A stretch of 39,415 nt of DNA from a virus (IMGVR_UViG_2778261630_000006:1-39415), one strand, 5' to 3'. Positions 22,712 to 32,044 are shown, numbered from the stretch's first letter. Made by a program: numbers and translations. The notes: generated by a model from the letters alone, not told the origin.

Positions 22712-23335
22712 CTAACGTGTGACCGCATTCAAAATGTTGTCTGCGATTGACTCTTCTTTGTGGCATTGCACCACCAGAGCGTCATACAGCGGCTTAACAG
22801 TGCGTGACCAGGTGGGTTGGGTAAGGTTTGGGATTAGCATCGTTACAGCGCGATATGCGGCGCTTGCTGGCATTCTTGAATAGCCGACACCTTTGCATCT
22901 TCCGCACTCTTTCTCAACAACTCTCCCCCACTGCTCCGTTTTGGCTATATCAACAGCACGGCCTGTACCGTGGCAATCTCTGCATCTTGCACCCGGCGTC
23001 GCGGCACTACGGCAATAATCCGCATAAGCGAATGTTGCGAGAACTTGCAGTACCTTTGCCTTAGTATTTCCTTCGAGCTTTGCCACACCACGGTATTTCC
23101 CCGATACCTTGTGTGCAAATTGCATCAGATAGTTGATAGCCTTTTGTTTGTCGTTCTGGCTGAGTTCATGCTTACCACAGAATGCAGCCATTCCGAATCC
23201 GGCTTGTGATTGCGCCATCCCCATAGCAGCCATCACATCAGTACCGGAAAGAGAGTCAGAAGCCGTGGCCCGTGGTGAGTCACTCATCATCGGGCTTTTT
23301 GGCGAATGAAATTTGGCTACGCTTTCGAGTCTCAT
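22712..23335 (-). CDS. Q: Late antiterminator Q
   Basis: 207 aa; translation essentially matches lambda Q as recalled. Confidence 0.95.
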   Translation of the reverse strand: MRLESVAKFHSPKSPMMSDSPRATASDSLSGTDVMAAMGMAQSQAGFGMAAFCGKHELSQNDKQKAINYLMQFAHKVSGKYRGVAKLEGNTKAKVLQVLATFAYADYCRSAATPGARCRDCHGTGRAVDIAKTEQWGRVVEKECGRCKGVGYSRMPASAAYRAVTMLIPNLTQPTWSRTVKPLYDALVVQCHKEESIADNILNAVTR

Positions 23336-23520
23336 CGTCTTCCCTTTTTGCCTGGCGTGACCATCAGGACGCCGTTAACGATTACGTGACGCTCACCTTT
23401 GCTGTCTCGGTTGTACTTGAGCACTGTTCCTCTTGCGCAGGAAAGCATCCTCGCCACTTCGGTCTGATTGCCTCGTGTCTGGATAAGAAGCTCTGGTATC
23501 GTTTGAATTGTGGCGTTCAT
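23332..23520 (-). CDS. ninH: NinH-like small DNA-binding protein
   Basis: 62 aa, stop overlaps the Q start; resembles lambda NinH. Confidence 0.65.
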   Translation of the reverse strand: MNATIQTIPELLIQTRGNQTEVARMLSCARGTVLKYNRDSKGERHVIVNGVLMVTPGKKGRR

Positions 23521-23879
23521 ACGTTCTCCAGTTCGGTGATTTTTATTCCAAGCCGTCCGCCTGGTACTTTCACGCCACGAATTACGCGAATGTCATCGAA
23601 TTGCTCGTCGTCTTCCGCAAATCCGGCGTGGATAAGGGAGTCGAGTAAACCTTTCAGGATGTTGTCGAGGTCGCGGCGGCGGGAGTCTGGAACGTCTGCG
23701 ATGACTTTGATGCGGAGTCGTGATTTGGTGAAAATATCTAACTTGAGTTGGCGGATGATTTGCTGGACGTCTTTTCGGTATTTCTGGCCTTTATCGCTGA
23801 TGTAGTATTGGCTTCCCCGTCTTCGCCAGTAGGTATTCACCGACGGCGGGTAAGGAAGCACAAACTGATATTCGTTCAT
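23517..23879 (-). CDS. rusA: RusA-family Holliday junction resolvase
   Basis: 120 aa with PDSRRRDLDN catalytic-region motif. Confidence 0.85.
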   Translation of the reverse strand: MNEYQFVLPYPPSVNTYWRRRGSQYYISDKGQKYRKDVQQIIRQLKLDIFTKSRLRIKVIADVPDSRRRDLDNILKGLLDSLIHAGFAEDDEQFDDIRVIRGVKVPGGRLGIKITELENV

Positions 23880-24166
23880 GGCTTAATCTTCCCCTCCTTC
23901 AGCAGTATCGCCTGCGTCCTGATCACGCCTTCGAGGTGGTAAAGTCTGGCGTCTTTGTTGTCGAGGTTATGGGTGCGTCTGTCGATTTCATCGTGACACG
24001 CGCTACAAGCCCATGCGCCGATAAGGTCGTCAGGCTTCATTCCCGTTCCGCAAATTCCAGCCATCCGGTAATGTGCCAGAACTGTAGTTTCAGGATTACC
24101 ATTGCATACGCCGTAAATACGTACCTGGCATTCTCTGCCGCGTGCTTCTTTGCGTAGGTTAGCCAT
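23876..24166 (-). CDS. DUF1364-type (YbcO/NinX-like) Cys-rich protein
   Basis: 96 aa with spaced Cys/His residues, at the nin position upstream of rusA. Confidence 0.6.
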   Translation of the reverse strand: MANLRKEARGRECQVRIYGVCNGNPETTVLAHYRMAGICGTGMKPDDLIGAWACSACHDEIDRRTHNLDNKDARLYHLEGVIRTQAILLKEGKIKP

Positions 24167-24551
24167 GACGTCTTCCCCATTTCTCTTGGCATCTCCTCAA
24201 CCACACTCGCATATTTTGGCTGGTAATATCGGTATGCTCTCCGCTGTATTCCTTTTGTGAGTGCTTGCATCTCACATAAACAAATACGGCAAGCAATGGA
24301 TATGCGAATAACAAAATAAATAACAGGGCTGTAGCAACAGATACTTTCACAAAAAATGCAGGCAACTCTCTGACCTGATAGTCTGGAAAATCCAAGAATT
24401 CATCTATTATGTTGTTAGCAACATTGGTAGTTGCAATACATGCGACTGACAGACAATCAAAATAATTAAAGTCATATCCAGCCGCAGCAGCCCATGTTGG
24501 ATTGTCTTGAAAATGTTTAAACGTTATTTGTCCGTATCGGCTAATCACCAT
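24159..24551 (-). CDS. Hypothetical protein with a predicted membrane segment; AT-rich nin-region insert
   Basis: 130-codon ORF, 5' half AT-rich; hydrophobic stretch ALLFILLFAYPLLAVFVYV. Overlaps neighbours at both ends. Confidence 0.5.
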   Translation of the reverse strand: MVISRYGQITFKHFQDNPTWAAAAGYDFNYFDCLSVACIATTNVANNIIDEFLDFPDYQVRELPAFFVKVSVATALLFILLFAYPLLAVFVYVRCKHSQKEYSGEHTDITSQNMRVWLRRCQEKWGRRHG

Positions 24552-24720
24552 CGTCTTCTTCCTCGTACATTGAGCTATTCGGATCGCTCATCAGTTCTGC
24601 GCAGCAGTGCTCACACACGTGAACTTCCAGCGCATGCAGCTTCTGACCGCAGTTAGCGCACGTTAAAGCCCGCTCGACGCTTTCTTTCTGGTATTGAATG
24701 GATTGGGATGGGCTAAGCAT
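24541..24720 (-). CDS. ninF: NinF-like zinc-ribbon protein
   Basis: 59 aa, MLSPSQSIQYQKESVERALTCANCGQKLHALEVHVCEHCC..., not in the ORF track (under 60 aa). Confidence 0.7.
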   Translation of the reverse strand: MLSPSQSIQYQKESVERALTCANCGQKLHALEVHVCEHCCAELMSDPNSSMYEEEDDGD

Positions 24721-25111
24721 TATTGGCGTCCTGCATCATGAGAAAGACAATCATGGCGGCGCGGAGATGCGATTCGCCGCAGAAGCAGTAGCCAGGAATA
24801 TTTTCCCATTCCCAACAACCTTCCTCTAAGTCACCTTCTGACCATGCGCACCATTCTTTTTCCGCTGTCATCCACATAGTGCTAATTTTGTTTTCAGTGA
24901 TGATCGGATATGCGTCTGCTGGGTTTGCGCATGGGTTAAAGGATCCGCGCTCAACTTGTACTTCAACTGCGTCTCCGTTTACAATGTCTCCCTCAAATGA
25001 GACAAACACCATATCGCCATTCTCACCTTCTTTGTAATCCGGTGATCCGTTATGAATGGCTTCGAATACTGCCACGTTAATTTCAAAATCACTTAACTGT
25101 GAATAATCCAT
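24713..25111 (-). CDS. YbcN-like (DUF2591) protein
   Basis: About 132 aa, acidic and Trp/Cys-rich, following ninE. Family assignment from memory. Confidence 0.5.
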   Translation of the reverse strand: MDYSQLSDFEINVAVFEAIHNGSPDYKEGENGDMVFVSFEGDIVNGDAVEVQVERGSFNPCANPADAYPIITENKISTMWMTAEKEWCAWSEGDLEEGCWEWENIPGYCFCGESHLRAAMIVFLMMQDANNA

Positions 25112-25113
25112 TG

Positions 25114-25290
25114 TTATTTCCTCGCACGATGTCTTAGCCACCGGATATCCCACAGGTGAGCCGTGTAGTTGAAGGTTTTTACGTCAGATTCTTTTGGGAT
25201 TGTCTTGCGTTTATTTCTGGAGCGCTTCGTTGGAAGGTATTTGCAGTTTTCGCAGATGATGTCGGTGATACTTCGTCGCTGTCGTCTCAT
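25114..25290 (-). CDS. ninE: NinE
   Basis: [58 protein letters not shown] matches lambda NinE. Confidence 0.85.
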   Translation of the reverse strand: MRRQRRSITDIICENCKYLPTKRSRNKRKTIPKESDVKTFNYTAHLWDIRWLRHRARK

Positions 25291-25814
25291 GCCGCCCTCC
25301 TGACGCCCTGCCCGATCGCCATCAATGCCGCTTTGGATACGGTAGTAAACATCCGTCGAGGACTGATGAACGGTCGCCAAATCAGCAGCATGGAGCCTTT
25401 GCTGTTTCCCTTCTTCTCCAGCCCTGTCGATGGTTCGATAAAATTAATCCGTCCATCAGTGATGATGCGAACTTCGTCAATACTCTCCAGAGCCTTGCTG
25501 AACCATCCGACAGACATATCCTCTGGCACAAGCATCACTACCGTCTGTCGCTGTTGTATGCACTGCTCAGCGGCTTTTTCCACCCACGGCCTGATATTGC
25601 TGTACGGTGGGTTATTCCAGATTGCACCGTGGCTTATCCACTCAGAATTGAGTGCGTCGTCGGCCTCAGTTAGCCAGTGAGCGCACAGAGCATTTTTGTC
25701 GCTCGCAGCTGAATCCAGCCAGAATCCAAACTCAATATCCAGCGCATCAAAAAGCCAAAGCGGCGTTTGCCAGCAGTCCTTGTCGTGTGCTGGCGTATTT
25801 GATTTGATAGTCAT
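25287..25814 (-). CDS. Phage-type DNA N6-adenine methyltransferase
   Basis: NPPY motif (IWNNPPYSN), about 175 aa, ATGA-coupled to ninB and ninE. Confidence 0.8.
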   Translation of the reverse strand: MTIKSNTPAHDKDCWQTPLWLFDALDIEFGFWLDSAASDKNALCAHWLTEADDALNSEWISHGAIWNNPPYSNIRPWVEKAAEQCIQQRQTVVMLVPEDMSVGWFSKALESIDEVRIITDGRINFIEPSTGLEKKGNSKGSMLLIWRPFISPRRMFTTVSKAALMAIGQGVRRAA

Positions 25815-26251
25815 GCAGCCCGATCTCCCCATCGCGCTTTCCACTCCAGAGCCAGTCGCGCTTCGTCTGACCACTTAACGCCACGCTCTGTACCGAATGC
25901 CTGTATAAGCTCTAATAGCTCCGCAAATTCGCTTACACGCATTCTGCTGGTTGACTGGCCTATTACCACAAAGCCATTCCCGGCAAGGTTAGGAACAACG
26001 TCCTGCTGCTTTAATGCTGCTGTAAAAACGCACTTCCAGCTTTCTGCATCCAGCCAGCGACCATGCCATTCAACCTGACGAGAGACGTCACCAAGGCAAG
26101 CCCAAAGCTTTCGATTCTGGTCTAAGCTGCGGTTGCGTTCCTGAATGGTTACTACGATTGGTTTGGTTGGGTCTGGAAGAATTTGCTGTACCGCGTGAAT
26201 AGCGTTTTGCTGATGTGCTGGAGATCGAATTTCAAAGGTTAGTTTTTTCAT
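25811..26251 (-). CDS. ninB: NinB (recombination mediator)
   Basis: MKKLTFEIRSPAHQQNAIHAVQQILPDPTKPIVVTIQERNRSLDQNRKLW matches lambda NinB. Confidence 0.9.
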   Translation of the reverse strand: MKKLTFEIRSPAHQQNAIHAVQQILPDPTKPIVVTIQERNRSLDQNRKLWACLGDVSRQVEWHGRWLDAESWKCVFTAALKQQDVVPNLAGNGFVVIGQSTSRMRVSEFAELLELIQAFGTERGVKWSDEARLALEWKARWGDRAA

Positions 26252-26269
26252 GACTTCCCTCTCCCCCAA

Positions 26270-26299
26270 ATAAAAAGGCCTGCGATTACCAGCAGGCCT
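26270..26299 (-). terminator. Rho-independent terminator between replication genes and nin region
   Basis: AGGCCTGC-loop-GCAGGCCT 8-bp stem followed by UUUUUAUUU on the minus strand. Confidence 0.65.
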
Positions 26300-26328
26300 G
26301 TTATTAGCTCAGTGATGTAGATGGTCAT

Positions 26329-28209
26329 TTAATACTCCGTCACGTTTTCCTGTCGCCACGCCTCGTCATATTCCGATTTCGGCATATTGGCGATGTAGCT
26401 ATATGGCGATCCTGATTCAAGTTGCAGGAACTGGTGCGATTGTTCGTCAAGGAACAACGGGACACCACCTTCCCAACCTTCGCCGTTACGTTGTTTTTCA
26501 AGCATCAAAACAGATGCCGGAGATGCCAGTAGCTGTTCGTCCTTCTCTGACATCTTTTCACCACTCTGAACTCTCTGTAACGCTCTCTCGCGAGCCTTGT
26601 TACGCCAGATGATGAAAAGGTTGTCTGTCAGGTCTGTTATCGCTCCAGAGCCTTTTACGTCCATTTTCCCGGTTGGTTTTTCTTCGCTGTCTCCTTTTCG
26701 CGAGTGAGTAACGAGAATGACGTGGGAGTTTGTTTTGTTTTTGAAGTCGCAAATCGAGTCAACAAACGCCTTCTGCCCGTTATAGTCATCGTCGCCTATG
26801 CCACATTTCATCAGGCTGTCGATGATGAATAACTGGATCCCGTATCGGCGGCGAGCGTAGTCGAATATTTCGATCAGCCTGTCGGCTTTCGCCGTTCCGG
26901 TCAGGCCAAACACCCAAAGTCTTTCGTCATAAAATTTAAATGCAGAGTCAATTTCCAGCACTGGCGGCATCTTGCAGCACGTCGCCTGACGGGTAAGGCG
27001 CTTAAGGAGAATACCAGGCTTCAGCTCAAGTGACGCGATGCACGTCTTCACACCCTGACGCATTGCCTCAAGTGCCATATGCCCGACAACCTCCGTTTTT
27101 CCGTGACCGTTCACACCATTGACCAGCGTCAACTCTGCCTCACGGAACTGGAATTTATCTGCCAGAGATTCCCACGGTGGATTAAACAGATACTGCTGCT
27201 TGCCGTAGAAAGCGTTGATAGTGTCCTGGTAAAACTCTCGCGCACTGTAGAGTTCTTCAGGATCGAAGTAGGATGCCGTGCCGATGTACTGCCAGATTTC
27301 ATCCTCGGTAACACCGTTCATCAGGCATTCGTTGATGTCTTTGTACGGCAGAGTAACAAGACGGCAACGATGTTCACCGAGTCGGCTTGCGATTTCCCTT
27401 GCGGCTTCACGACCAACATCATCAACATCCATCGAGATGAATATTTCCTCAAACCTGTCGAGGTTGTGATACTCAAACTCAATCCACTGTTGCTTAGCGC
27501 CTTTCCCGCCACCAAACGGCACGGATAACGCCGAGATGCCGTATTGCGCATAGCTCATACAATCAATTTCGCCTTCGCAAAGTACAACCGCCCTCACGCC
27601 AGCGTCCAGAGCCTGCCATCCGAACAGACAAGGTTCGCAATCACCTTCTGCCATAATGACTTTCTTCCCGTCCGGGCGCTCAGTGCTGATTCGCTTGACC
27701 TGCAACAACTCACCATCGCGTTTGTACGGAATCACCAGAGCATCCAGTTCCCGCTCTCCATTCCACACCTTGCCGCTGACAACCTCGTAGCGCTTTACGA
27801 TTTCTGGCGATATGCCACGCGATTGCAGGTACTCAAGATGGGATTCTGTTCTGGTAACGTAGCGGGCGATTTTCTTGCGATCAGGTCTGGAGAATTTCTT
27901 CTCACGTTTGGCATCGAAATGGTGATCGTCATCCTTGATACCGAGAAATGCTTTCGCTTCCTGCATAGCCTGATGCAGGTTAATTCCTCGACATGCCATC
28001 CACAAATCAAGCATGTCACCGCCGTCTCCCTCAGCGAAATCAGCCCATTTTTTCTTGCCGCTAAGGTTGACCTTAAGGCTGTTTCCCTTGTCACCGTTAA
28101 CGTTACCGGCAACCCACTCATGCCCCTCTTTCTTGCCGTTTGGCAACAGGTGCGGAGCCACCCTGTCAACCTGCGCCCAAAGCAGGTCGCTGAGTTCACT
28201 TGGCGTCAT
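26329..28209 (-). CDS. Primase/helicase (TOPRIM domain plus DnaB-like ATPase)
   Basis: Toprim acidic cluster (LCEGEIDCMS), Walker A GVNGHGKTE, Walker B LFIIDSLMK. Confidence 0.8.
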   Translation of the reverse strand: MTPSELSDLLWAQVDRVAPHLLPNGKKEGHEWVAGNVNGDKGNSLKVNLSGKKKWADFAEGDGGDMLDLWMACRGINLHQAMQEAKAFLGIKDDDHHFDAKREKKFSRPDRKKIARYVTRTESHLEYLQSRGISPEIVKRYEVVSGKVWNGERELDALVIPYKRDGELLQVKRISTERPDGKKVIMAEGDCEPCLFGWQALDAGVRAVVLCEGEIDCMSYAQYGISALSVPFGGGKGAKQQWIEFEYHNLDRFEEIFISMDVDDVGREAAREIASRLGEHRCRLVTLPYKDINECLMNGVTEDEIWQYIGTASYFDPEELYSAREFYQDTINAFYGKQQYLFNPPWESLADKFQFREAELTLVNGVNGHGKTEVVGHMALEAMRQGVKTCIASLELKPGILLKRLTRQATCCKMPPVLEIDSAFKFYDERLWVFGLTGTAKADRLIEIFDYARRRYGIQLFIIDSLMKCGIGDDDYNGQKAFVDSICDFKNKTNSHVILVTHSRKGDSEEKPTGKMDVKGSGAITDLTDNLFIIWRNKARERALQRVQSGEKMSEKDEQLLASPASVLMLEKQRNGEGWEGGVPLFLDEQSHQFLQLESGSPYSYIANMPKSEYDEAWRQENVTEY

Positions 28210-28316
28210 GATTCCCTCAGATTGAGATTTTTAAACCAGAAATCGACAAACGAAATACTTAACCAGCCGTGGTTATAACCAGCGACCAGTAGCGATTTGA
28301 TTTTTGATTTCATGGT

Positions 28317-29177
28317 TCACCTGTCGAAAAACACGTAGCCAGTTTTCGATACGGTGATTGCAGATGATGGTTTGGATTGTGGTTGAATAGTTTCTGGCTT
28401 CTCGTCGTTCCAGCGTTGACCGTTCAGGTAGCTCGATGGTAACAACCTGTCGAATCCGAACTGCTTACCATTCCTGCATGCGATGTCTTCTGCCAGCATC
28501 GTGGCAAACTCGCTTGCCGTACCCATGGTAGTTTTACGCCATTCCCTGAACTGTGTTCTGAATGCCGAAGCTGCGTTTTTCTTCCCGGCTTTCCGCATGC
28601 CTGCACACCAGAATATTTCCTCGAATGCCTTGTCGGTTTCTTCGTGACGGTCAGGTGATTTTTCACACTCCGTCCGAACACTTTCGGACATAGTGTTTTT
28701 ATTATTTCTTTTTTCTTTTGTAATAGTTTCTTTTGTGTGTCCCTGTTTTGGTGACAGCGCTGTCACCGTTTTGGTGACACTTTTTGTCACCAATGCAGTG
28801 ACATTATCACCAGAGTAGTGACACCCTTCGATTTGCCATTCTTCGATGTTCTTGTTAGGACCGATTTGCTGGCCTTCGCGAAGGATAACCTTCATCGCGA
28901 TAAGCTCATTCTTGGCCTTGTTTACCTTCTGTCTTGGCAGCCTGGTAATTTGAGCTAACTGACTATCAGAGATGCGATCCATCTTTTTACCGTAGCCGTA
29001 TGTTTTACGGCATATAGCGTGGGCAACCTTGCTCTGATTTTTCGTTAAATCTGCGCCGATAAGCTCTTCATACAGGGCATTTGCAAGACGGGTATAACCA
29101 TCTTCAACTTCTGCCACACGACGCTCCACAGGCCGTTGTGAAGGCCTTAAATGTGTTACGGTTGCAAGATTACTCAT
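28317..29177 (-). CDS. Replication initiator (lambda O-like N-terminal domain)
   Basis: N-terminal [14 protein letters not shown]...[33 protein letters not shown] resembles lambda O; iterons lie inside the linker. Confidence 0.8.
   Translation of the reverse strand: MSNLATVTHLRPSQRPVERRVAEVEDGYTRLANALYEELIGADLTKNQSKVAHAICRKTYGYGKKMDRISDSQLAQITRLPRQKVNKAKNELIAMKVILREGQQIGPNKNIEEWQIEGCHYSGDNVTALVTKSVTKTVTALSPKQGHTKETITKEKRNNKNTMSESVRTECEKSPDRHEETDKAFEEIFWCAGMRKAGKKNAASAFRTQFREWRKTTMGTASEFATMLAEDIACRNGKQFGFDRLLPSSYLNGQRWNDEKPETIQPQSKPSSAITVSKTGYVFFDR
28690..28830. repeat. Candidate origin of replication: four dyad iterons plus adjacent AT-rich tract, inside the initiator gene
   Basis: GGTGACAGCGCTGTCACC, GGTGACAC-TTTTTGTCACC, AGTGACATTATCACC and AGTGACACC spaced about 20-24 bp apart (28750-28826), then an AT-rich tract (28690-28740). 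Confidence 0.6.
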
Positions 29178-29316
29178 GACCTTTCTCCTTCTGCATCAGC
29201 TTCACTTTTTCCAACTCAGCCCGGAATCGACCAGGCTGCTTGAAGCTGGACAGGAAGCGATCACGTAGTATGTGTTTGTGAATTTTGTCCTGGTAAGGAC
29301 TGAGTTGTTTTGTCAT
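29170..29316 (-). CDS. Small ORF (48 aa) between cII and the initiator
   Basis: AGGAG ribosome-binding site 7 nt before ATG (29314-29316); stop overlaps the initiator start. Possibly the P22 orf48 equivalent. Confidence 0.5.
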   Translation of the reverse strand: MTKQLSPYQDKIHKHILRDRFLSSFKQPGRFRAELEKVKLMQKEKGHE

Positions 29317-29348
29317 AATTACTCCTGTTGATAGATCCAGTAATGACC

Positions 29349-29642
29349 TCAGAACTCCATCTGGATTTGATCAGAACGCTCGGTTGCCGCCGGGCGTTTT
29401 TTATTGGTGAGAATCGAAGCAACTTGTCGTGCCAATCGAGCCATGTCGTCGTCAACGACGCCCCATTCAAGAACAGCAAGCAGCATTGAGAACTTTGGAA
29501 TCCAGTCCCTCTTCCACCTGCTGATCTGCGACTTATCAACTCCCACAGCTTCCGCTGTCTTCTCAGTTCCAAGCATTGCGATTTTGTTAAGCAACGCACT
29601 CTCGATTCGTAGAGCCTCGTTGCGTTTGTTTGCACGAACCAT
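29349..29642 (-). CDS. cII: Transcription activator CII
   Basis: [75 protein letters not shown]... matches lambda CII. Confidence 0.95.
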   Translation of the reverse strand: MVRANKRNEALRIESALLNKIAMLGTEKTAEAVGVDKSQISRWKRDWIPKFSMLLAVLEWGVVDDDMARLARQVASILTNKKRPAATERSDQIQMEF

Positions 29643-29721
29643 ATGTAAGTATTTCCTTAGATAACAATTGATTGAATGTATGCAAATAAATGCATACACC
29701 ATAGGTGTGGTTTAATTTGAT

Positions 29722-29753
29722 GCCCTTTTTCAGGGCTGGGATGTGTAAGAGCT
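29722..29753 (-). promoter_or_regulatory. nutR (boxA and boxB) in the cro-cII interval
   Basis: Minus strand GCTCTTACACA ... GCCCTGAAAAAGGGC, the lambda nutR arrangement. Confidence 0.7.
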
Positions 29754-29761
29754 GGAATGTC

Positions 29762-29977
29762 TTAAGCGGCTTTGTGTTCCGGCGGGAACACGTCATCAAG
29801 ACTGACTTTTGCGCCTAACTTGTTTAGGCACTCAACAAGAGCACGGCATGTTTTAAGGTCTGGGAAGCGACGACCAGATTCCCAATGTCCGATAGCTCCC
29901 TGTGTGCATCCAACTGCCTTAGCAAGTGTTGTTTGAGAGATATTCAGTGACTCTCGATATTTTCGTAGGTTGCTCAT
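29762..29977 (-). CDS. cro: Cro-type repressor (HTH), non-lambda specificity
   Basis: 71 aa; HTH QTTLAKAVGCTQGAIGHWESGRR. Divergent from cI across the operator region. Confidence 0.8.
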   Translation of the reverse strand: MSNLRKYRESLNISQTTLAKAVGCTQGAIGHWESGRRFPDLKTCRALVECLNKLGAKVSLDDVFPPEHKAA

Positions 29978-30094
29978 ATGCCCTCCATAGTAACCATGAA
30001 ACAATAATACGATATGTACTTTTAGAATGCAAACAAAAAATACATCTTGTGCATGGATGGTTTTAGTACAGAGCGTAATAATAAGGGTATGAAA
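29978..30094. promoter_or_regulatory. Right operator region with divergent PR and PRM
   Basis: Three related 15-bp dyad sites (30006-30020, 30039-30053, 30065-79), consensus A(G/A)TACA-N3-(C/T)GT. Minus-strand PR candidate TTGCAT-17-TATTAT (30004-30032) overlaps site one. Confidence 0.55.
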
Positions 30095-30748
30095 ATGAAA
30101 TGGTATGAACTGGCTAGATCCAGAATGAAAGAGCTCGGCATAACTCAAGAGAAGTTAGCTGAAGAGCTTGGTATGACGCAGGGTGGAATTGGTCACTGGT
30201 TGCGCGGATCTCGTCATCCATCTCTTGACGAGATTGGTGTGGTGTTTAAATACCTTGGTATTGATAACGTCTCATTCAACCACGACGGTACATTTTCACC
30301 TGTTGGCGAATACTCATCTGCCCCCGTTAAAAAACAATATGAGTACCCTGTTTTTTCTCATGTTCAGGCCGGGATGTTCTCGCCTGAGCTTAGAACCTTT
30401 ACCAAAGGTGATGCGGAGAGATGGGTCAGCACAACCAAAAAAGCCAGTGATTGTGCGTTCTGGCTTGAAGTTGAAGGTAATTCCATGACCGCGCCAACAG
30501 GATCCAAGCCAAGCTTTCCTGACGGGATGTTAATTCTCGTTGACCCTGAGCAGGCTGTTGAGCCAGGTGATTTCTGCATAGCCAGACTTGGTGGTGACGA
30601 GTTTACCTTCAAGAAACTGATCAGGGATAGCGGTCAGGTGTTCCTACAGCCACTAAACCCGCAATATCCAATGATTCCATGCAATGATAGCTGTTCCGTA
30701 GTAGGGAAAGTTATCGCCAGCCAGTGGCCTGAAGAGACATTTAGTTAA
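30095..30748 (+). CDS. cI: CI repressor: novel HTH N-domain fused to a lambda-type C-terminal (S24/LexA-like) domain
   Basis: C-terminal half from [21 protein letters not shown] onward matches lambda CI including the SMTAPTGSK...DGM cleavage region; N-terminal 80 aa differ. Start 30095 (AAGGG ribosome-binding site) or 30089. Confidence 0.85.
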   Translation: MKWYELARSRMKELGITQEKLAEELGMTQGGIGHWLRGSRHPSLDEIGVVFKYLGIDNVSFNHDGTFSPVGEYSSAPVKKQYEYPVFSHVQAGMFSPELRTFTKGDAERWVSTTKKASDCAFWLEVEGNSMTAPTGSKPSFPDGMLILVDPEQAVEPGDFCIARLGGDEFTFKKLIRDSGQVFLQPLNPQYPMIPCNDSCSVVGKVIASQWPEETFS

Positions 30749-30778
30749 CAGCCTCACCACTCTAAAACACACAACAAT

Positions 30779-30808
30779 AACCCGACCTTAGCGTCGGGTT
30801 TTCTTTTT
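30779..30808 (+). terminator. Rho-independent terminator after cI
   Basis: AACCCGAC-CTTAGC-GTCGGGTT hairpin followed by TTCTTTTT. Confidence 0.7.
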
Positions 30809-30827
30809 CCAAAATATAAACCCATTA

Positions 30828-30903
30828 AATACAAAGTGTTATAAAAAACCAATTATATTTAGAACATTTTGTATTGACTCGATAAAGTACAAATCGTACT
30901 ATT
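30828..30903. promoter_or_regulatory. Left operator and pL
   Basis: Plus-strand TTGACT (30874-79), 17-bp spacer, TACTAT (30897-30902). Dyad AGTACAAATCGTACT (30886-30900) overlaps the -10; related site at 30828-30842. Confidence 0.55.
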
Positions 30904-30942
30904 TAGCCATCAGCAGGACGCACTGACCACCATGAAGGTGAC

Positions 30943-30972
30943 GCTCTTAAAAATTAAGCCCTGAAGAAGGGC
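30943..30972 (+). promoter_or_regulatory. nutL (boxA and boxB)
   Basis: CGCTCTTAAAAATTAAGCCCTGAAGAAGGGC, the lambda nutL arrangement. Confidence 0.75.
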
Positions 30973-31082
30973 AGCATTCAAAGCAGAAGGCTTTGAGTAG
31001 CGCGAAATGCAGCTGCAAGACAGCAACCGTGGAGATAAGCATCACGGCGCGTTACTCAAAGCTAACTGACAGGAGAATCCAG

Positions 31083-31409
31083 ATGGATGCACAAACACGC
31101 CGCCGCGAACGTCGCGCAGAGAAACAGGCTCAATGGAAAGCAGCAAATCCCCTGTTGGTTGGGGTAAGCGCAAAACCAGTTAACCGCCCTATTCTCTCGC
31201 TGAATCGCAAACCGAAATCACGAGTAGAAAGCGCACTGAATCCGATAGACCTTACGGTGCTGGCTGAATACCACGAACAGATTGAAAGCAACCTGCAACG
31301 TATTGAGCGCAAGAATCAGCGCACATGGTACAGCAAGCCACGCAGTGAAATGGGCGTGACTTGTGTTGGTCGCCAGAAAATGAAATTAGGCAGCAAACCA
31401 CTTATTTGA
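31083..31409 (+). CDS. N: Antiterminator N
   Basis: MDAQTRRRERRAEKQAQWKAANPLLVGVSAKPVNRPILSLNRKPKSRVESALNPIDLTVLAEYH... matches lambda N (Arg-rich motif). Confidence 0.95.
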   Translation: MDAQTRRRERRAEKQAQWKAANPLLVGVSAKPVNRPILSLNRKPKSRVESALNPIDLTVLAEYHEQIESNLQRIERKNQRTWYSKPRSEMGVTCVGRQKMKLGSKPLI

Positions 31410-31420
31410 GAGGAATTAAT

Positions 31421-32044
31421 ATGTCATCAATCCGCTTAACAACGAGTATGAAAGAGAAAATCGCTCGTAACGCTTTAATTAAATCTGGGGTTTTCACTGA
31501 GCTTGAAGAAGTAACAAAGTTAAAGAACCAGCTTGCACTTGACGCCAGAGTTGTTGTGTTTGGCGGTAAAAAGAAAACTGAGGAAGTGGATCAGTTATCA
31601 TCCAAGTTAATGGCTATAAGCGAAGAACTTGAAAAGCTGGGATGTTCATTTTACTCATGCGATGCCCGTTCAACTTCAATTTATCTGACTGTATCTGGCA
31701 GAAGGGTTGGCTGGTATTCATATGGGAAAGACGGCAACGGCGAAGATATATTGCTCCCTACTCCGACCAAAGATAAATGCATGTTTAGCGCAGAACACGA
31801 AATAACAAAAAGGTTTGATGAAATCTGCGCATTGCAACAAAAACTTGAAGCCAAGAAAAAGGATATCGAATCAAATGTATGGGCTGCTTTGAACTCAGTC
31901 ACAACAGTTAAGCGACTTATTGAAGTTTGGCCTGAAAGCAAAGAGTTGCTACCAAAAGAAGCAGATAAAGCAAGTACAGCACTTCCTGCTTTACGGGTAG
32001 AAGATTTGAATAAGATGATTGGACTTCCTTCCGAGGTCGCATAA
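31421..32044 (+). CDS. Hypothetical protein (207 aa) immediately downstream of N; AT-rich accessory gene
   Basis: GAGAGGA ribosome-binding site and ATG 12 nt after the N stop. No family recognised. Confidence 0.6.
   Translation: MSSIRLTTSMKEKIARNALIKSGVFTELEEVTKLKNQLALDARVVVFGGKKKTEEVDQLSSKLMAISEELEKLGCSFYSCDARSTSIYLTVSGRRVGWYSYGKDGNGEDILLPTPTKDKCMFSAEHEITKRFDEICALQQKLEAKKKDIESNVWAALNSVTTVKRLIEVWPESKELLPKEADKASTALPALRVEDLNKMIGLPSEVA

Noticed and set aside
28210-28313. Tiny hydrophobic ORF (about 34 aa) between the initiator and the primase/helicase gene
   Set aside because: Too short and without a clear ribosome-binding site to call; it could be a coupling leader peptide.
28745-28830. Short spaced repeats that could be mistaken for a CRISPR array
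   Set aside because: Only four dyad-symmetric copies with irregular spacing, located inside the replication initiator gene next to an AT-rich tract. This is iteron/origin architecture, not CRISPR.
30749-31082. Expected rexA/rexB or sieB between cI and N
   Set aside because: No ORF of suitable size on either strand; the interval holds only the cI terminator, the left operator/pL and nutL.
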